Assembly (NCBI GenBank): GCA_016194455.1
Contig: JACQBN010000027.1
Location: 1-59,745 of the forward strand
Reading direction: 5' to 3'
Length of the DNA: 59,745 bases
Source of the DNA: Candidatus Kaiserbacteria bacterium
Lineage (GTDB): Bacteria; Patescibacteriota; Minisyncoccia; Phycocordibacterales; Phycocordibacteraceae
This document shows positions 1-8,361 of the stretch, piece after piece (positions within the stretch are counted from its first letter, which is position 1; every line of letters starts with the position of its first letter). The position numbers and the translations under genes were made by a program. Under the pieces are notes generated by a model, which was given only the letters and a program-made list of their open reading frames with translations, searched no databases and was not told the origin of the DNA.

Positions 1-94
1 GGGAAATTTCAAGCCGTTTTGAATTCAGTAAGGCCAAAAGCGGGCTTTTCTTGAATAAAATCAAAAAATTAGTTATCATAATCTTACAGATAAA

Positions 95-115
95 AGTATA
101 ACATATTTTTATACT
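95..115 (+). promoter_or_regulatory. Inverted repeat AGTATAA-N7-TTATACT; right arm contains a TATACT -10-like box. Candidate operator/promoter of the XRE gene
   Basis: Read directly: agtataa (95-101), catattt, ttatact (109-115); 17 nt upstream of ATG 133. Confidence 0.4.
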
Positions 116-132
116 ATCAAAACTTGGATACT

Positions 133-330
133 ATGGCAACAATCGGTGAAAACATTAAAAGACTAAGAACTAAGCAAGGAATAAGCCAAGACGACTTGGC
201 GCGTAAAGCCGAACTTAAATATTCAACCCTTGCGAAAATCGAGGGCGATTTTGTGAAGAAACCGGGCGTACAGATGGTCGCAAAAATTGCTAAGGCATTA
301 GACATTTCTATAGAAGATCTACTCAAATGA
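133..330 (+). CDS. XRE-family helix-turn-helix transcriptional regulator (65 aa from ATG 133; ORF track starts at TTG 124)
   Basis: IGENIKRLRTKQGISQDDLARKAELKYSTLAKIE is a classic HTH_3/Cro-C1 pattern; stop overlaps the next ATG (ATGA at 327-330). Confidence 0.85.
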   Translation: MATIGENIKRLRTKQGISQDDLARKAELKYSTLAKIEGDFVKKPGVQMVAKIAKALDISIEDLLK

Positions 331-1070
331 CCCTAGCCGAACTTTGGAATATTTGCATAAAGTTTATGTGGGACAAGGAATATATCCTTGGATTAGATCA
401 GTTTCTCAAATCCCAAAAAGTTAAGACAATTTTGGACTCTGCGGGCGGTACCGGATTTCCGGCTATCGCGCTTAAAAAGCAAGGATGGAATATTACATAT
501 TCCGATGGGAGCCAGCAAATGTTTGATTTTTTTGAAAAGGAATTACGAAAAGAAAATTTCTAAATTCCTCACCATCTTATTAACTGGATAGAATTGTCTG
601 ATAAATTCTCGAAAAAATTTGACGCGGTGTTGTGTCGTGGAAATTCGCTCGTTTATGTAGATTCTTGGGACGATAACAAAATTCAACAGATAACGCTCGA
701 GAATATCAAAAAATCTTTGCGAGAATTTTTAAACATTCTTACTCCGAACGGTTTGTTGTACGTAGATATTATCAACAAAAAAGAATTTGACCACCCCTTA
801 TATCCGATCGTTGAGGAATTTGGAGAGAAAATAATTGACGGAAAGAAAATCAAACTGACATGGGAATTGACGCATGATTATGAAAAACGAAAACGAACAT
901 GGAAATCAATTTTGCTGATTGATGGAACGCGATACGAATTTTCATACTTCAGCTACCTTTTGCGTCATGAAGAACTAACCGCAATGATGAAGGAAGCGGG
1001 ATTCAAAAATGTAGAGAGAGTGGATATAAAAGGTGAAAGAAACTATAATGTTTTTGTTGGTTACCGGTAA
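327..1070 (+). pseudogene. Class I SAM-dependent methyltransferase (glycine/sarcosine-N-MTase-like small-molecule type) interrupted by a single in-frame TAA at 561-563
   Basis: ORFs 327-563 and 594-1070 are in the same frame. Motif I is ILDSAGGTGFPAIAL, post-I is ITYSDGS, and after the stop the frame continues as IPHHLINWIELSDKFSKKFDAVLCRGNSLVYV (motif II/III). No DPPY/NPPY motif, so it is not a DNA MTase. Confidence 0.75.
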
Positions 1071-1293
1071 AAGAACTTGCCGCAAAAGAAAAACTTGAAA
1101 TCGTCCTTTCCGCTCCGGTTCAAGGCGAGGCGGGCGGAAGGGGGGTGTGGGGGGAATTCTGCCCGCCGAGCCCAGAGAGTTCTGTTCGGATATTTTCAAA
1201 CAGACACCGCAAAACAAAAAGCGCAGCGACTATGTTTTGCGAGAGTGCTGAGGCCCTACGAAGTGCTCCGCTCGGCATGTGCTATGATCAGAT

Positions 1294-2826
1294 ATGGTTG
1301 TCGTACTCAACTTCGGGAGCCAGTTCGCCCACCTCATAGCTCGAAGAGTGAGAGAGCTCGGCGTGCGGGCCGAAGTTCTACCCTTTGATACTCCGGCACC
1401 AGAAATACAGAGGCATCAACCCGTCGGTATTATCTTCTCTGGCGGACCCGCCTCGGTTATCGAGAAGGGGAATCCACGTCCAGACAAAAACATTTTCACG
1501 CTCGGCATCCCCGTGCTCGGCATCTGCTACGGCCATCAACTCATGGCCCAGATGCTCGGCGGGGAAGTCACTACCGGCGAGCGGTGGGAATTTGGGAAGG
1601 AAATTCTGACGCTGAACACCCGTCAAGGCCTTTTCAACGGGCTTCGAACTCGCGAGGTCGTTTGGTTCTCGCACGGCGACCACGTCACACGGCTCCCGAA
1701 GGGCTTCATAGACCTCGCCTCTACTCCCGCGTGCGCACACGCTGCGTTTGCGGATGCGAAACGTGGACTTTTTGGCATCCAGTTCCACCCGGAGGTGAGC
1801 CATACCGCTTGCGGCACGAAGCTGCTCGCGAATTTCCTCTTTTCTATCTGCAAAGCAAAGAAAGATTGGCGCATACCTTCTCTCATGCGAAGCATCGTTC
1901 TCGACATCAAGCAGGAAGTAGGCCAGAAGCACGTCGTGGGAGGCATTTCAGGCGGCGTGGACTCGCTCGTCGCCGCAACCTTGCTCCACCGGGCGATCGG
2001 GAACCGCCTCCATCCGGTGCTTGTCGATACAGGGCTCTCGCGAGAGGGGGAAGTTGCGCAGGTCGGCTCTTACCTCCGACATCATGGGTTCAAAACACTC
2101 CACGTCGTTGACGCGGCCGAAATATTTCTACGCCGCTTGCGTGGCGTCACCGACCCAGAGCAGAAAAGGAAAGCCATCGGGCATACGTTTATAGAAGTCT
2201 TTGAGAAGACGATTCGCACTAAACTAAAAAAGTATCCCATCGCATATCTAGCGCAAGGGACTATTTATCCGGATCGGATTGAATCCGCGTCGATATCAAA
2301 AGCTGCGGCAAAAATTAAGAGCCATCATAACCTCACGCTGCCGGAGAAGCTCGGCTTCAAAATTCTCGAGCCGCTGCGAGATTTATACAAAGACGAAGTG
2401 CGTCGCGTCGGAGAATCGCTCGAGCTACCGAAAAAATTGTTATGGCGACACCCGTTTCCGGGCCCTGGGCTTGCGGTGCGCATCGTGGGCGAGGTGACGC
2501 AGGAGCGGCTCAAGATTTTACGCGCGGCCGACGCGATATTTATAGAAGAGCTTCAAAAGAGTGGCGAGTACAAAAAGATCTGGCAAGCCTTTGCCGCGCT
2601 CCTGCCGCTCAAGGTCGTCGGCGTAATGGGCGATGCGCGGACCTATGACTCTGTCATCGTGCTTCGCGCTGTCGACTCGGTCGATGGCATGAGCGCTGAT
2701 TGGCACAAGATGCCGGACGAACTCTTGGAGAAAATCTCGAGCGCAATTGTCGGGAAAGTACGCGGCGTTAATCGCGTGCTCTATGACGTCACACAGAAGC
2801 CGCCCGCTACGATAGAATACGAATAG
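1294..2826 (+). CDS. guaA: GMP synthase (glutamine-hydrolysing)
   Basis: N-terminal GATase (GICYGHQLM, FHPE) plus ATP-PPase (GGISGGVDS) and the conserved C-terminus (YDVTQKPPATIEYE). Confidence 0.95.
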   Translation: MVVVLNFGSQFAHLIARRVRELGVRAEVLPFDTPAPEIQRHQPVGIIFSGGPASVIEKGNPRPDKNIFTLGIPVLGICYGHQLMAQMLGGEVTTGERWEFGKEILTLNTRQGLFNGLRTREVVWFSHGDHVTRLPKGFIDLASTPACAHAAFADAKRGLFGIQFHPEVSHTACGTKLLANFLFSICKAKKDWRIPSLMRSIVLDIKQEVGQKHVVGGISGGVDSLVAATLLHRAIGNRLHPVLVDTGLSREGEVAQVGSYLRHHGFKTLHVVDAAEIFLRRLRGVTDPEQKRKAIGHTFIEVFEKTIRTKLKKYPIAYLAQGTIYPDRIESASISKAAAKIKSHHNLTLPEKLGFKILEPLRDLYKDEVRRVGESLELPKKLLWRHPFPGPGLAVRIVGEVTQERLKILRAADAIFIEELQKSGEYKKIWQAFAALLPLKVVGVMGDARTYDSVIVLRAVDSVDGMSADWHKMPDELLEKISSAIVGKVRGVNRVLYDVTQKPPATIEYE

Positions 2827-3078
2827 ATGCTCTGAGCAAGATCGTTTCGCTCGCTCGGCAGGTAGCGACCTCTTCTTACCCCTAGTTTTCTGCCCTTCGG
2901 CCCCCCGCGACTCGTTTTAGAGACTTCGGCAGGGTTTGCGCGCCGCCACGGCGTCGAGACGGGCAGTGTGCTGGTCTTGAAAAACTTCGAAGGCGTTTTG
3001 AAGTGAGCTATCCACAGGCCACTGACGGCCGCGGGGGGTACAATAGGTCTCACCTATTACCCATTGCTCTTTCCTCCC

Positions 3079-5409
3079 ATGCCTAAACTCGCTAAAGCTC
3101 CCGTCGCCCCGCGCACTAACTTGAAAAAGCCCCCGCTCGTCTCGAAAGAGACTGTGCGCTATCGCGAAATCATCCCGCAGATAGAAAAACGCGATGGCAG
3201 ACTCGTGCCGTTTGATTTCGATCGGATTGTAGAGGCGATTTGGAAGGCGATGGCGGCCGCGCAGGAGGGCAATCGCGAGGACGCATCCCTGGTTGCGCAT
3301 CAGGTGGCCGGAGAGCTCGCACGTTTTTCTAAAAAGTATAAGAATTTTTTGCCGGGCGTGGAGGGTATCCAGGATTCGGTGGAGAAATATCTCATTCTCA
3401 ACGACTTCGTGAAGACGGCGAAGGCGTACATCCTCTATCGCGACAAGCGCGCACAGATGCGCGCGAACGAAGCAGCGGTGCCAGCCGAAGTGCGCGCGAA
3501 GATTGCGGAGAGCAGCAAATATTTTCAGAACTCGTACCAAGAATTTATTTTCTATCAATTTTATTCCCGCTGGAACGATGACGCCGGGCGTCGTGAGACG
3601 TGGGTCGAAGCGATCGACCGTTTCATGACCTTCATGCGCGAGCGCATCGGGGAGAAAGTGACCGAAGCGGAGTACGCCGAAGTGCGCGATGCGATTCTCA
3701 AGCGCGACGTGTGTCCCTCGATGCGTCTCCTCTGGTCAGCGGGGCGCGCTTGCCGCGCCACCGACGTCACTGCTTACAACTGCGCCTACATCGCGCCCAC
3801 AAGCTGGCGCGATCTCTCCGAGATCATGTATGTCTCCATGTGCGGCGCGGGTTGCGGCTTCGCGGTGGAGCCCGAGAACGTGGAGAAGTTCCCGCAGATC
3901 CAGAAACAGAGCGGCAAGCATGCGCCCGCGATCGTCGTTGCGGACAGCAAGGTCGGCTGGTGCGAGGCGTTCACCAAGGCCTGCGAGACATGGGCCTCGG
4001 GTCTCGATGTTGAGATTGACTATTCGCACATCCGCCCGGCGGGCTCACGGCTTCAGACGATGGGCGGCCGCGCCTCGGGCCCCGCGCCGCTTCAGGAGCT
4101 GATGCAGTTCACCCGCCGGAAAATGCTCGCGCGCCAAGGCCGACGGCTGACCCCGCTCAATCTCCACGACATCATCTGCCAAATCGGGCTCATCGTGGTC
4201 GCCGGCGGAGTCCGCCGTTCCGCCCTTATTTCGCTCTCCTCGCTCGACGACGCCGAGATGCGCGACGCGAAGAAGGGCGCCTTCTGGCAGACCGAGGGGC
4301 AGCGCTCCATGGCGAATAACTCCGCTGTCTACGACGCACGACCCTCCGCAGCGGAATTCCTGCAGGAATGGACCTCGCTCGTCACGAGCGGTTCGGGCGA
4401 GCGCGGCATCTTCAACCGCGGCGACCTCGAAAAGCAGGTGCCGAAGCGCCGCTGGGATATCTTGCAGGATAAGAAGCAGATCGGCGTGAACCCGTGCGGA
4501 GAGATTTACCTCCGTTCAAAACAATTTTGTAACCTCACTTCTATCGTCGTCCGCCCCGAGGACGATATGGAGAACTTGACGCGCAAGATGCGTATCGCGA
4601 CCATCCTCGGCACCTACCAAGCGACGCTGACCAACTTCGAATATCTCTCGCCGGAGTGGAAGGAGAACTGCGAGGAGGAGCAACTGCTCGGCGTCTCTAT
4701 TACCGGTTACTACGACAACGCCGTCGTGCGCAATGATGAGAATCTGGGAACCCTGCGCTCGGTCGGCGAGAAGGTGAACAAACAGTACGCGAAACGTTTC
4801 GGGACAAATCCCTCGACCGCGATCACCTGCGTGAAGCCTCACGGCAATTCCGGCCAGCTCCTTGGGGTAGGCTCGGGCATGCACCCATGGTACGCACCCT
4901 ATTACATCCGCCGCGTGCGCATCAGCATCAACGATCCCTTGTTGCGGCTTGCGCAGGAGCAGGGCGTGCCGATGCATCCGGAGGTGGGCTACTCGACCAG
5001 CAACGCAACGACGATGGTACTCGAGTTTCCGGTTAAAGCTCCTGAGGGAGCGGTCGTCTCGCGCGATGTCTCCGCGCTTGAGATGCTCACCGAATGGAAG
5101 CGCCTGAAAACGCACTTCACCGACCACAATCCCTCGGTCACGATCTATGCGAGCGACCATGAATGGCTCGCGGTCTCGCACTTCGTGTACGAAAACTGGG
5201 ACATCGTGGGCGGACTCTCTTTCCTCCCGAGGAGCGATCACGTCTACCAACTCGCGCCCTACGAGGAGATTGCCCAAGAAGAATACGAGCGACGAATCAA
5301 AGAGCTTGGGACACTCGACTTCTCCAAGCTCGTGCTCTACGAGAAGCACGACCAGACAAGTGGCGCCAAGGAACTCGCCTGTGCTGCCGGTACCTGCGAG
5401 ATTATCTAA
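3079..5409 (+). CDS. nrdJ: Adenosylcobalamin-dependent (class II) ribonucleotide reductase with N-terminal ATP-cone
   Basis: ATP-cone-like IEKRDGRLVPFDFDRIVEAI; active-site NPCGEIYLRSKQFCNLTS; C-terminal CAAGTCEII. ATG 3079 preferred over TTG 3064. Confidence 0.9.
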   Translation: MPKLAKAPVAPRTNLKKPPLVSKETVRYREIIPQIEKRDGRLVPFDFDRIVEAIWKAMAAAQEGNREDASLVAHQVAGELARFSKKYKNFLPGVEGIQDSVEKYLILNDFVKTAKAYILYRDKRAQMRANEAAVPAEVRAKIAESSKYFQNSYQEFIFYQFYSRWNDDAGRRETWVEAIDRFMTFMRERIGEKVTEAEYAEVRDAILKRDVCPSMRLLWSAGRACRATDVTAYNCAYIAPTSWRDLSEIMYVSMCGAGCGFAVEPENVEKFPQIQKQSGKHAPAIVVADSKVGWCEAFTKACETWASGLDVEIDYSHIRPAGSRLQTMGGRASGPAPLQELMQFTRRKMLARQGRRLTPLNLHDIICQIGLIVVAGGVRRSALISLSSLDDAEMRDAKKGAFWQTEGQRSMANNSAVYDARPSAAEFLQEWTSLVTSGSGERGIFNRGDLEKQVPKRRWDILQDKKQIGVNPCGEIYLRSKQFCNLTSIVVRPEDDMENLTRKMRIATILGTYQATLTNFEYLSPEWKENCEEEQLLGVSITGYYDNAVVRNDENLGTLRSVGEKVNKQYAKRFGTNPSTAITCVKPHGNSGQLLGVGSGMHPWYAPYYIRRVRISINDPLLRLAQEQGVPMHPEVGYSTSNATTMVLEFPVKAPEGAVVSRDVSALEMLTEWKRLKTHFTDHNPSVTIYASDHEWLAVSHFVYENWDIVGGLSFLPRSDHVYQLAPYEEIAQEEYERRIKELGTLDFSKLVLYEKHDQTSGAKELACAAGTCEII

Positions 5410-5423
5410 AGGGCGTGGTAATG

Positions 5424-5451
5424 AAAAAGCGCGCCATTAGGCGCGCTTTTT
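5424..5451. terminator. Bidirectional intrinsic terminator shared by nrdJ (+) and rnpB (-)
   Basis: aaaaAGCGCGCC-atta-GGCGCGCTtttt; A-tract on one side and T-tract on the other. Confidence 0.7.
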
Positions 5452-5458
5452 CATTTTG

Positions 5459-5855
5459 TTGGATCGGGCCGATAAGCCGGATTCTGTTCGCCCCACGAAA
5501 CTTTAGCGTAGTGGGGTCTGGCAGTCATTTATCTGGGTCCCTCGTTGCCTCGGGACTCAAGCGGCACTTCCGCCGTCCGCCAACTGGCGGACGGCGGACA
5601 CGGCCTTGCATGCGGGTAAGGATTTTGCCGTTGCATCCCGCACATTAACTGTGCGGCTCGCCCTTCGGGATTACCCTCGGGGCGGGTTCCTTCTTGCGGA
5701 GGAACCCGTCTCTGTTCGCACCTCGCGCCTCGCGGCGTGCGGGGATTACCCGCTACCTTTTCCCTCGTCCGTCAATCGGCGGACCCGGGATGCATGTCCG
5801 GACTTTCCTCCCCTCGGGATTATCCTCAGGGCGATTGCCCAGCCCAGTCCGCCCC
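5459..5855 (-). ncRNA. rnpB: RNase P RNA, bacterial type A
   Basis: Minus strand reads GAGGAAAGUCCGGAC (P4/CR-I), AGAUAAAUGACUGCC (CR-IV) and ACAGAAUCCGGCUUAUCGG (CR-V). P1 pairs GGACUGGGCUG with CGGCCCGAUCC. Extended -10 TGGTATAGT lies just upstream (about 5859-5867). Confidence 0.9.
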
Positions 5856-5949
5856 CACTATACCACATTTTCAAGCTTGTGGAGAAAAGCCGGCGAGGCT
5901 TGCGGAATCGTGTACACTAGTTCCATTATCCGTTAGCGTTACTTCAGGT

Positions 5950-8322
5950 ATGCCGCCACAGACAACTTCAGTGCCTCGGTTCTCCTTCGAACGCGCGATT
6001 CAATGGGCGCTCGTCGCGACGCTCATCGCCGCCGCAATCGTCTTTATCCCGAGTACCTCCATACCTTTCGCCGCGACGAAACTCTTTGTCATCGCGGGCG
6101 GAGCGATTATCACGCTCGCGCTCTATGTCCTCGCGCGTCTCTCGCGCGGCAACATTATCTTGCCGCCCATCGTGCTCGTCGGCGCGCTCTGGCTGCCGGT
6201 CGCTGCCTACGCGCTCTCGACCGCGTTCTCGGGCGTTTCCTTTGCGAGTGCGTTCTGGGGTAACGGTGCCGAGGCGGACACGCTCGGCTTTGTCCTTGCG
6301 CTCGCGGTCCTCGGCACACTCGCCGCACTCACGCTCCGGCGCTCCGAGCAGTATCAATTCTTCTTCACCGTACTCGGATACGCGATTGGCTTCGTCGCGC
6401 TCGTGGAGCTCGTCTTCCTCGTTGTCGGCCAGTTCGCGCCCGGCACACTCTCGCCCTCGTTCTCCGTCGTCGGCACCTATACCGACTTCGCGACGCTGCT
6501 TGGCCTCGGCATCATCAGCACCCTGCTCACGTTGCGGTTCCTCGAGGTGAACACGCGCGCCCGCACGCTACTCCTCATCCTTGGCGGTGTCTCTCTCGCA
6601 TTCCTCGCGGTCGCGAATTCGTCGCTCGTCTGGACACTGGTCGCCCTGGTCGCGCTCGGGCTCTTTGTCGAGGCCGTGATGCGCCGCAATCCTGCGGGCG
6701 GCGAACGCGACCTCGAGAACGCCGCGCTTCTTGAGGAAACGCCCGTCTCCGGAGAGGGCAGGGGTGAGCGCTCGCTCGCCGCGCCTCTCGTCGTGCTTGC
6801 GGTATCGCTCTTTTTCCTTATCGGCGGAACCTTGGGCGGTGCACTCGCGAATGCGCTCCACGTGAACGTGTTTTCGGTACGCCCGTCCTGGCAAGCCACC
6901 CTTACTGTGGGCCGCCAGGTCTACGCGCATTCGCCGCTTTTCGGCAGCGGGCCCGACTCCTTCGGAGGACAGTGGCTCAAATATCGCGACTCGGCGCTTA
7001 ACGCCAGCGTCTTCTGGAACTTGGACTTCACGAGCGGGATCGGTTTCATCCCGACCTCATTCGTGACGACCGGGCTTCTCGGCGCCCTCGCCTGGCTCGC
7101 CTTCCTTGGCCTCTTCCTCTTCGTCGGGGGCCGCGCGCTCATCTTCCGCTCCTCGCAAGATCCCTTCCAGCGTTTCGTCGCTGTGCTCTCCTTCCTTGCG
7201 AGCATCTATCTCTTCGCGATTGCCCTCTTCGCTTCGCCGGGCCTTGTCGTGCTCGTGCTCGCCTTCGTCTTCGCCGGCCTCTTCGCCTCAACACTCCGCC
7301 ACACGAGTGGCAGCGGGCAGTGGGGTGTCGTCTTCGCTCACGCGCCGCGCGCCGGGTTCGTCATCGTATTCGGCTTCACCCTGCTCTTGCTCGGCGCGAT
7401 CGCAACTGCGTACTCGCTCACCGAGCGCTATCTCGCGCAGATTAATCTAACGCGCGCCACCGCGGCGCTTAACTCGGGTAAACTAGATGCAGCGGAAAGT
7501 GCCACCCAAGCCTCGCTCGCCTTTGCCCCTAGCGCGGCGGCATATCAAGTTGAGGCACAAGTTGCGCAGTTACGCCTCGGTCAGATTGCGGCCTCCACGA
7601 CGCTTGCGCCCACCGACGCCGCGAAGAAGTTCCAAGCCGCGCTCTCCTCCGGCGTCAATGCCGCGCTCACCGCGACGCGCCTTGATGCATCTGGATACCA
7701 GAGCTGGATCATCTTGGGGAATCTCTATACTTCGGTCGTGCCCTTGAGGGTCCAGGGCGCATACGAGAACGCGCAGATCGCGTATCAGAAGGCCGCAGTC
7801 CTCAACCCGACTGCGCCGAGCATCCCGTATCTTGAGGCGCAACTTGAGATCGCCAAAGGGAACGACAAGGCCGCCACGGACGCCCTCAAGCAGGCGATTA
7901 GTCTCAAGCAGGACTACACGCAGGCGATCCTGCTCCTCTCCCAGCTTGAGGTGCGCGACGGGAATGTGAAGGATGCGCTTGCCGCCGCGGAAGCCGCTGC
8001 CTACTTCACCCCCACCGACGCGAACGTTCTCTTCCAGGTCGGCATCCTCCGCGCCGCGAACAACGACGCATCGGGAGCGACCCAAGCGCTCATAGCTGCG
8101 GTTTCCGCGAACGCGCAGTTCGCAAACGCGCGTTACTTCCTCGCCGCGCTCTATGCCAAGAAGGGCGATTATGCCAACGCGCTTGGACAACTCCAAGCCG
8201 CCGCCGCTCTCTCCGATGCGAACGCGAAGGCGCTTGCTCCGCAGATTGCTTCGCTCGAGGCAAATAAAAATCCGTTCTCCGCAAATCTCTTCGCCGCCCC
8301 CTCCGCCCCGGTCAGCCCGTAA
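5950..8322 (+). CDS. Polytopic membrane protein, O-antigen ligase/Wzy_C-like, with C-terminal TPR repeats (790 aa)
   Basis: About 12 predicted TM helices followed by Ala-rich TPR-like repeats (AYQKAAVLNP, LKQAISLKQDY, YFLAALYAKKGDYANA). Start moved to ATG 5950 because 5737-5949 overlaps rnpB. Confidence 0.75.
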   Translation: MPPQTTSVPRFSFERAIQWALVATLIAAAIVFIPSTSIPFAATKLFVIAGGAIITLALYVLARLSRGNIILPPIVLVGALWLPVAAYALSTAFSGVSFASAFWGNGAEADTLGFVLALAVLGTLAALTLRRSEQYQFFFTVLGYAIGFVALVELVFLVVGQFAPGTLSPSFSVVGTYTDFATLLGLGIISTLLTLRFLEVNTRARTLLLILGGVSLAFLAVANSSLVWTLVALVALGLFVEAVMRRNPAGGERDLENAALLEETPVSGEGRGERSLAAPLVVLAVSLFFLIGGTLGGALANALHVNVFSVRPSWQATLTVGRQVYAHSPLFGSGPDSFGGQWLKYRDSALNASVFWNLDFTSGIGFIPTSFVTTGLLGALAWLAFLGLFLFVGGRALIFRSSQDPFQRFVAVLSFLASIYLFAIALFASPGLVVLVLAFVFAGLFASTLRHTSGSGQWGVVFAHAPRAGFVIVFGFTLLLLGAIATAYSLTERYLAQINLTRATAALNSGKLDAAESATQASLAFAPSAAAYQVEAQVAQLRLGQIAASTTLAPTDAAKKFQAALSSGVNAALTATRLDASGYQSWIILGNLYTSVVPLRVQGAYENAQIAYQKAAVLNPTAPSIPYLEAQLEIAKGNDKAATDALKQAISLKQDYTQAILLLSQLEVRDGNVKDALAAAEAAAYFTPTDANVLFQVGILRAANNDASGATQALIAAVSANAQFANARYFLAALYAKKGDYANALGQLQAAAALSDANAKALAPQIASLEANKNPFSANLFAAPSAPVSP

Positions 8323-8361
8323 CCATTTTCCTCCGCTCTCGTTCTCGAGTAGTATAGAGCG

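Noticed and set aside
561-563. TAA reassigned to a sense codon (alternative genetic code).
   Set aside because: TAA terminates well-defined genes in this window at conserved C-termini (for example nrdJ and the HTH_17 gene). A single nonsense mutation is more parsimonious.
2830-3078. Possible cobalamin riboswitch or NrdR boxes upstream of the B12-dependent RNR, prompted by a GCCACTG word at about 3018-3024.
   Set aside because: Only that heptamer matches. The B12 box, the GGTG..AA.CC element and the rest of the core are absent on both strands, and no 16-bp NrdR palindromes were seen. I treat it as a chance match; cmsearch RF00174 would settle it.
2917-3558. Many long ORFs lie antisense to or overlapping the called genes. 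Examples: 2917-3558(-), 4516-5349(-), 7570-8508(-), 9073-10035(-), 10983-11843(-), 20290-21369(+), 31902-32822(+), 32737-33717(-), 36559-37464(+), 42790-43473(-), 43693-44436(-), 44610-45344(+), 46623-47477(+), 50116-50985(-), 51554-52288(+).
   Set aside because: These are typical shadow ORFs of GC-rich DNA. Their translations are Arg/Pro/Gly/Ala-rich and low-complexity with no motifs, whereas the opposite-strand or other-frame products carry clear family signatures.
5737-5949. N-terminal 71 residues of ORF 5737-8322, plus ORFs 5163-5648, 5606-5920 and 5694-5936.
   Set aside because: They overlap the RNase P RNA gene and its promoter. The membrane protein has a clean ATG at 5950.
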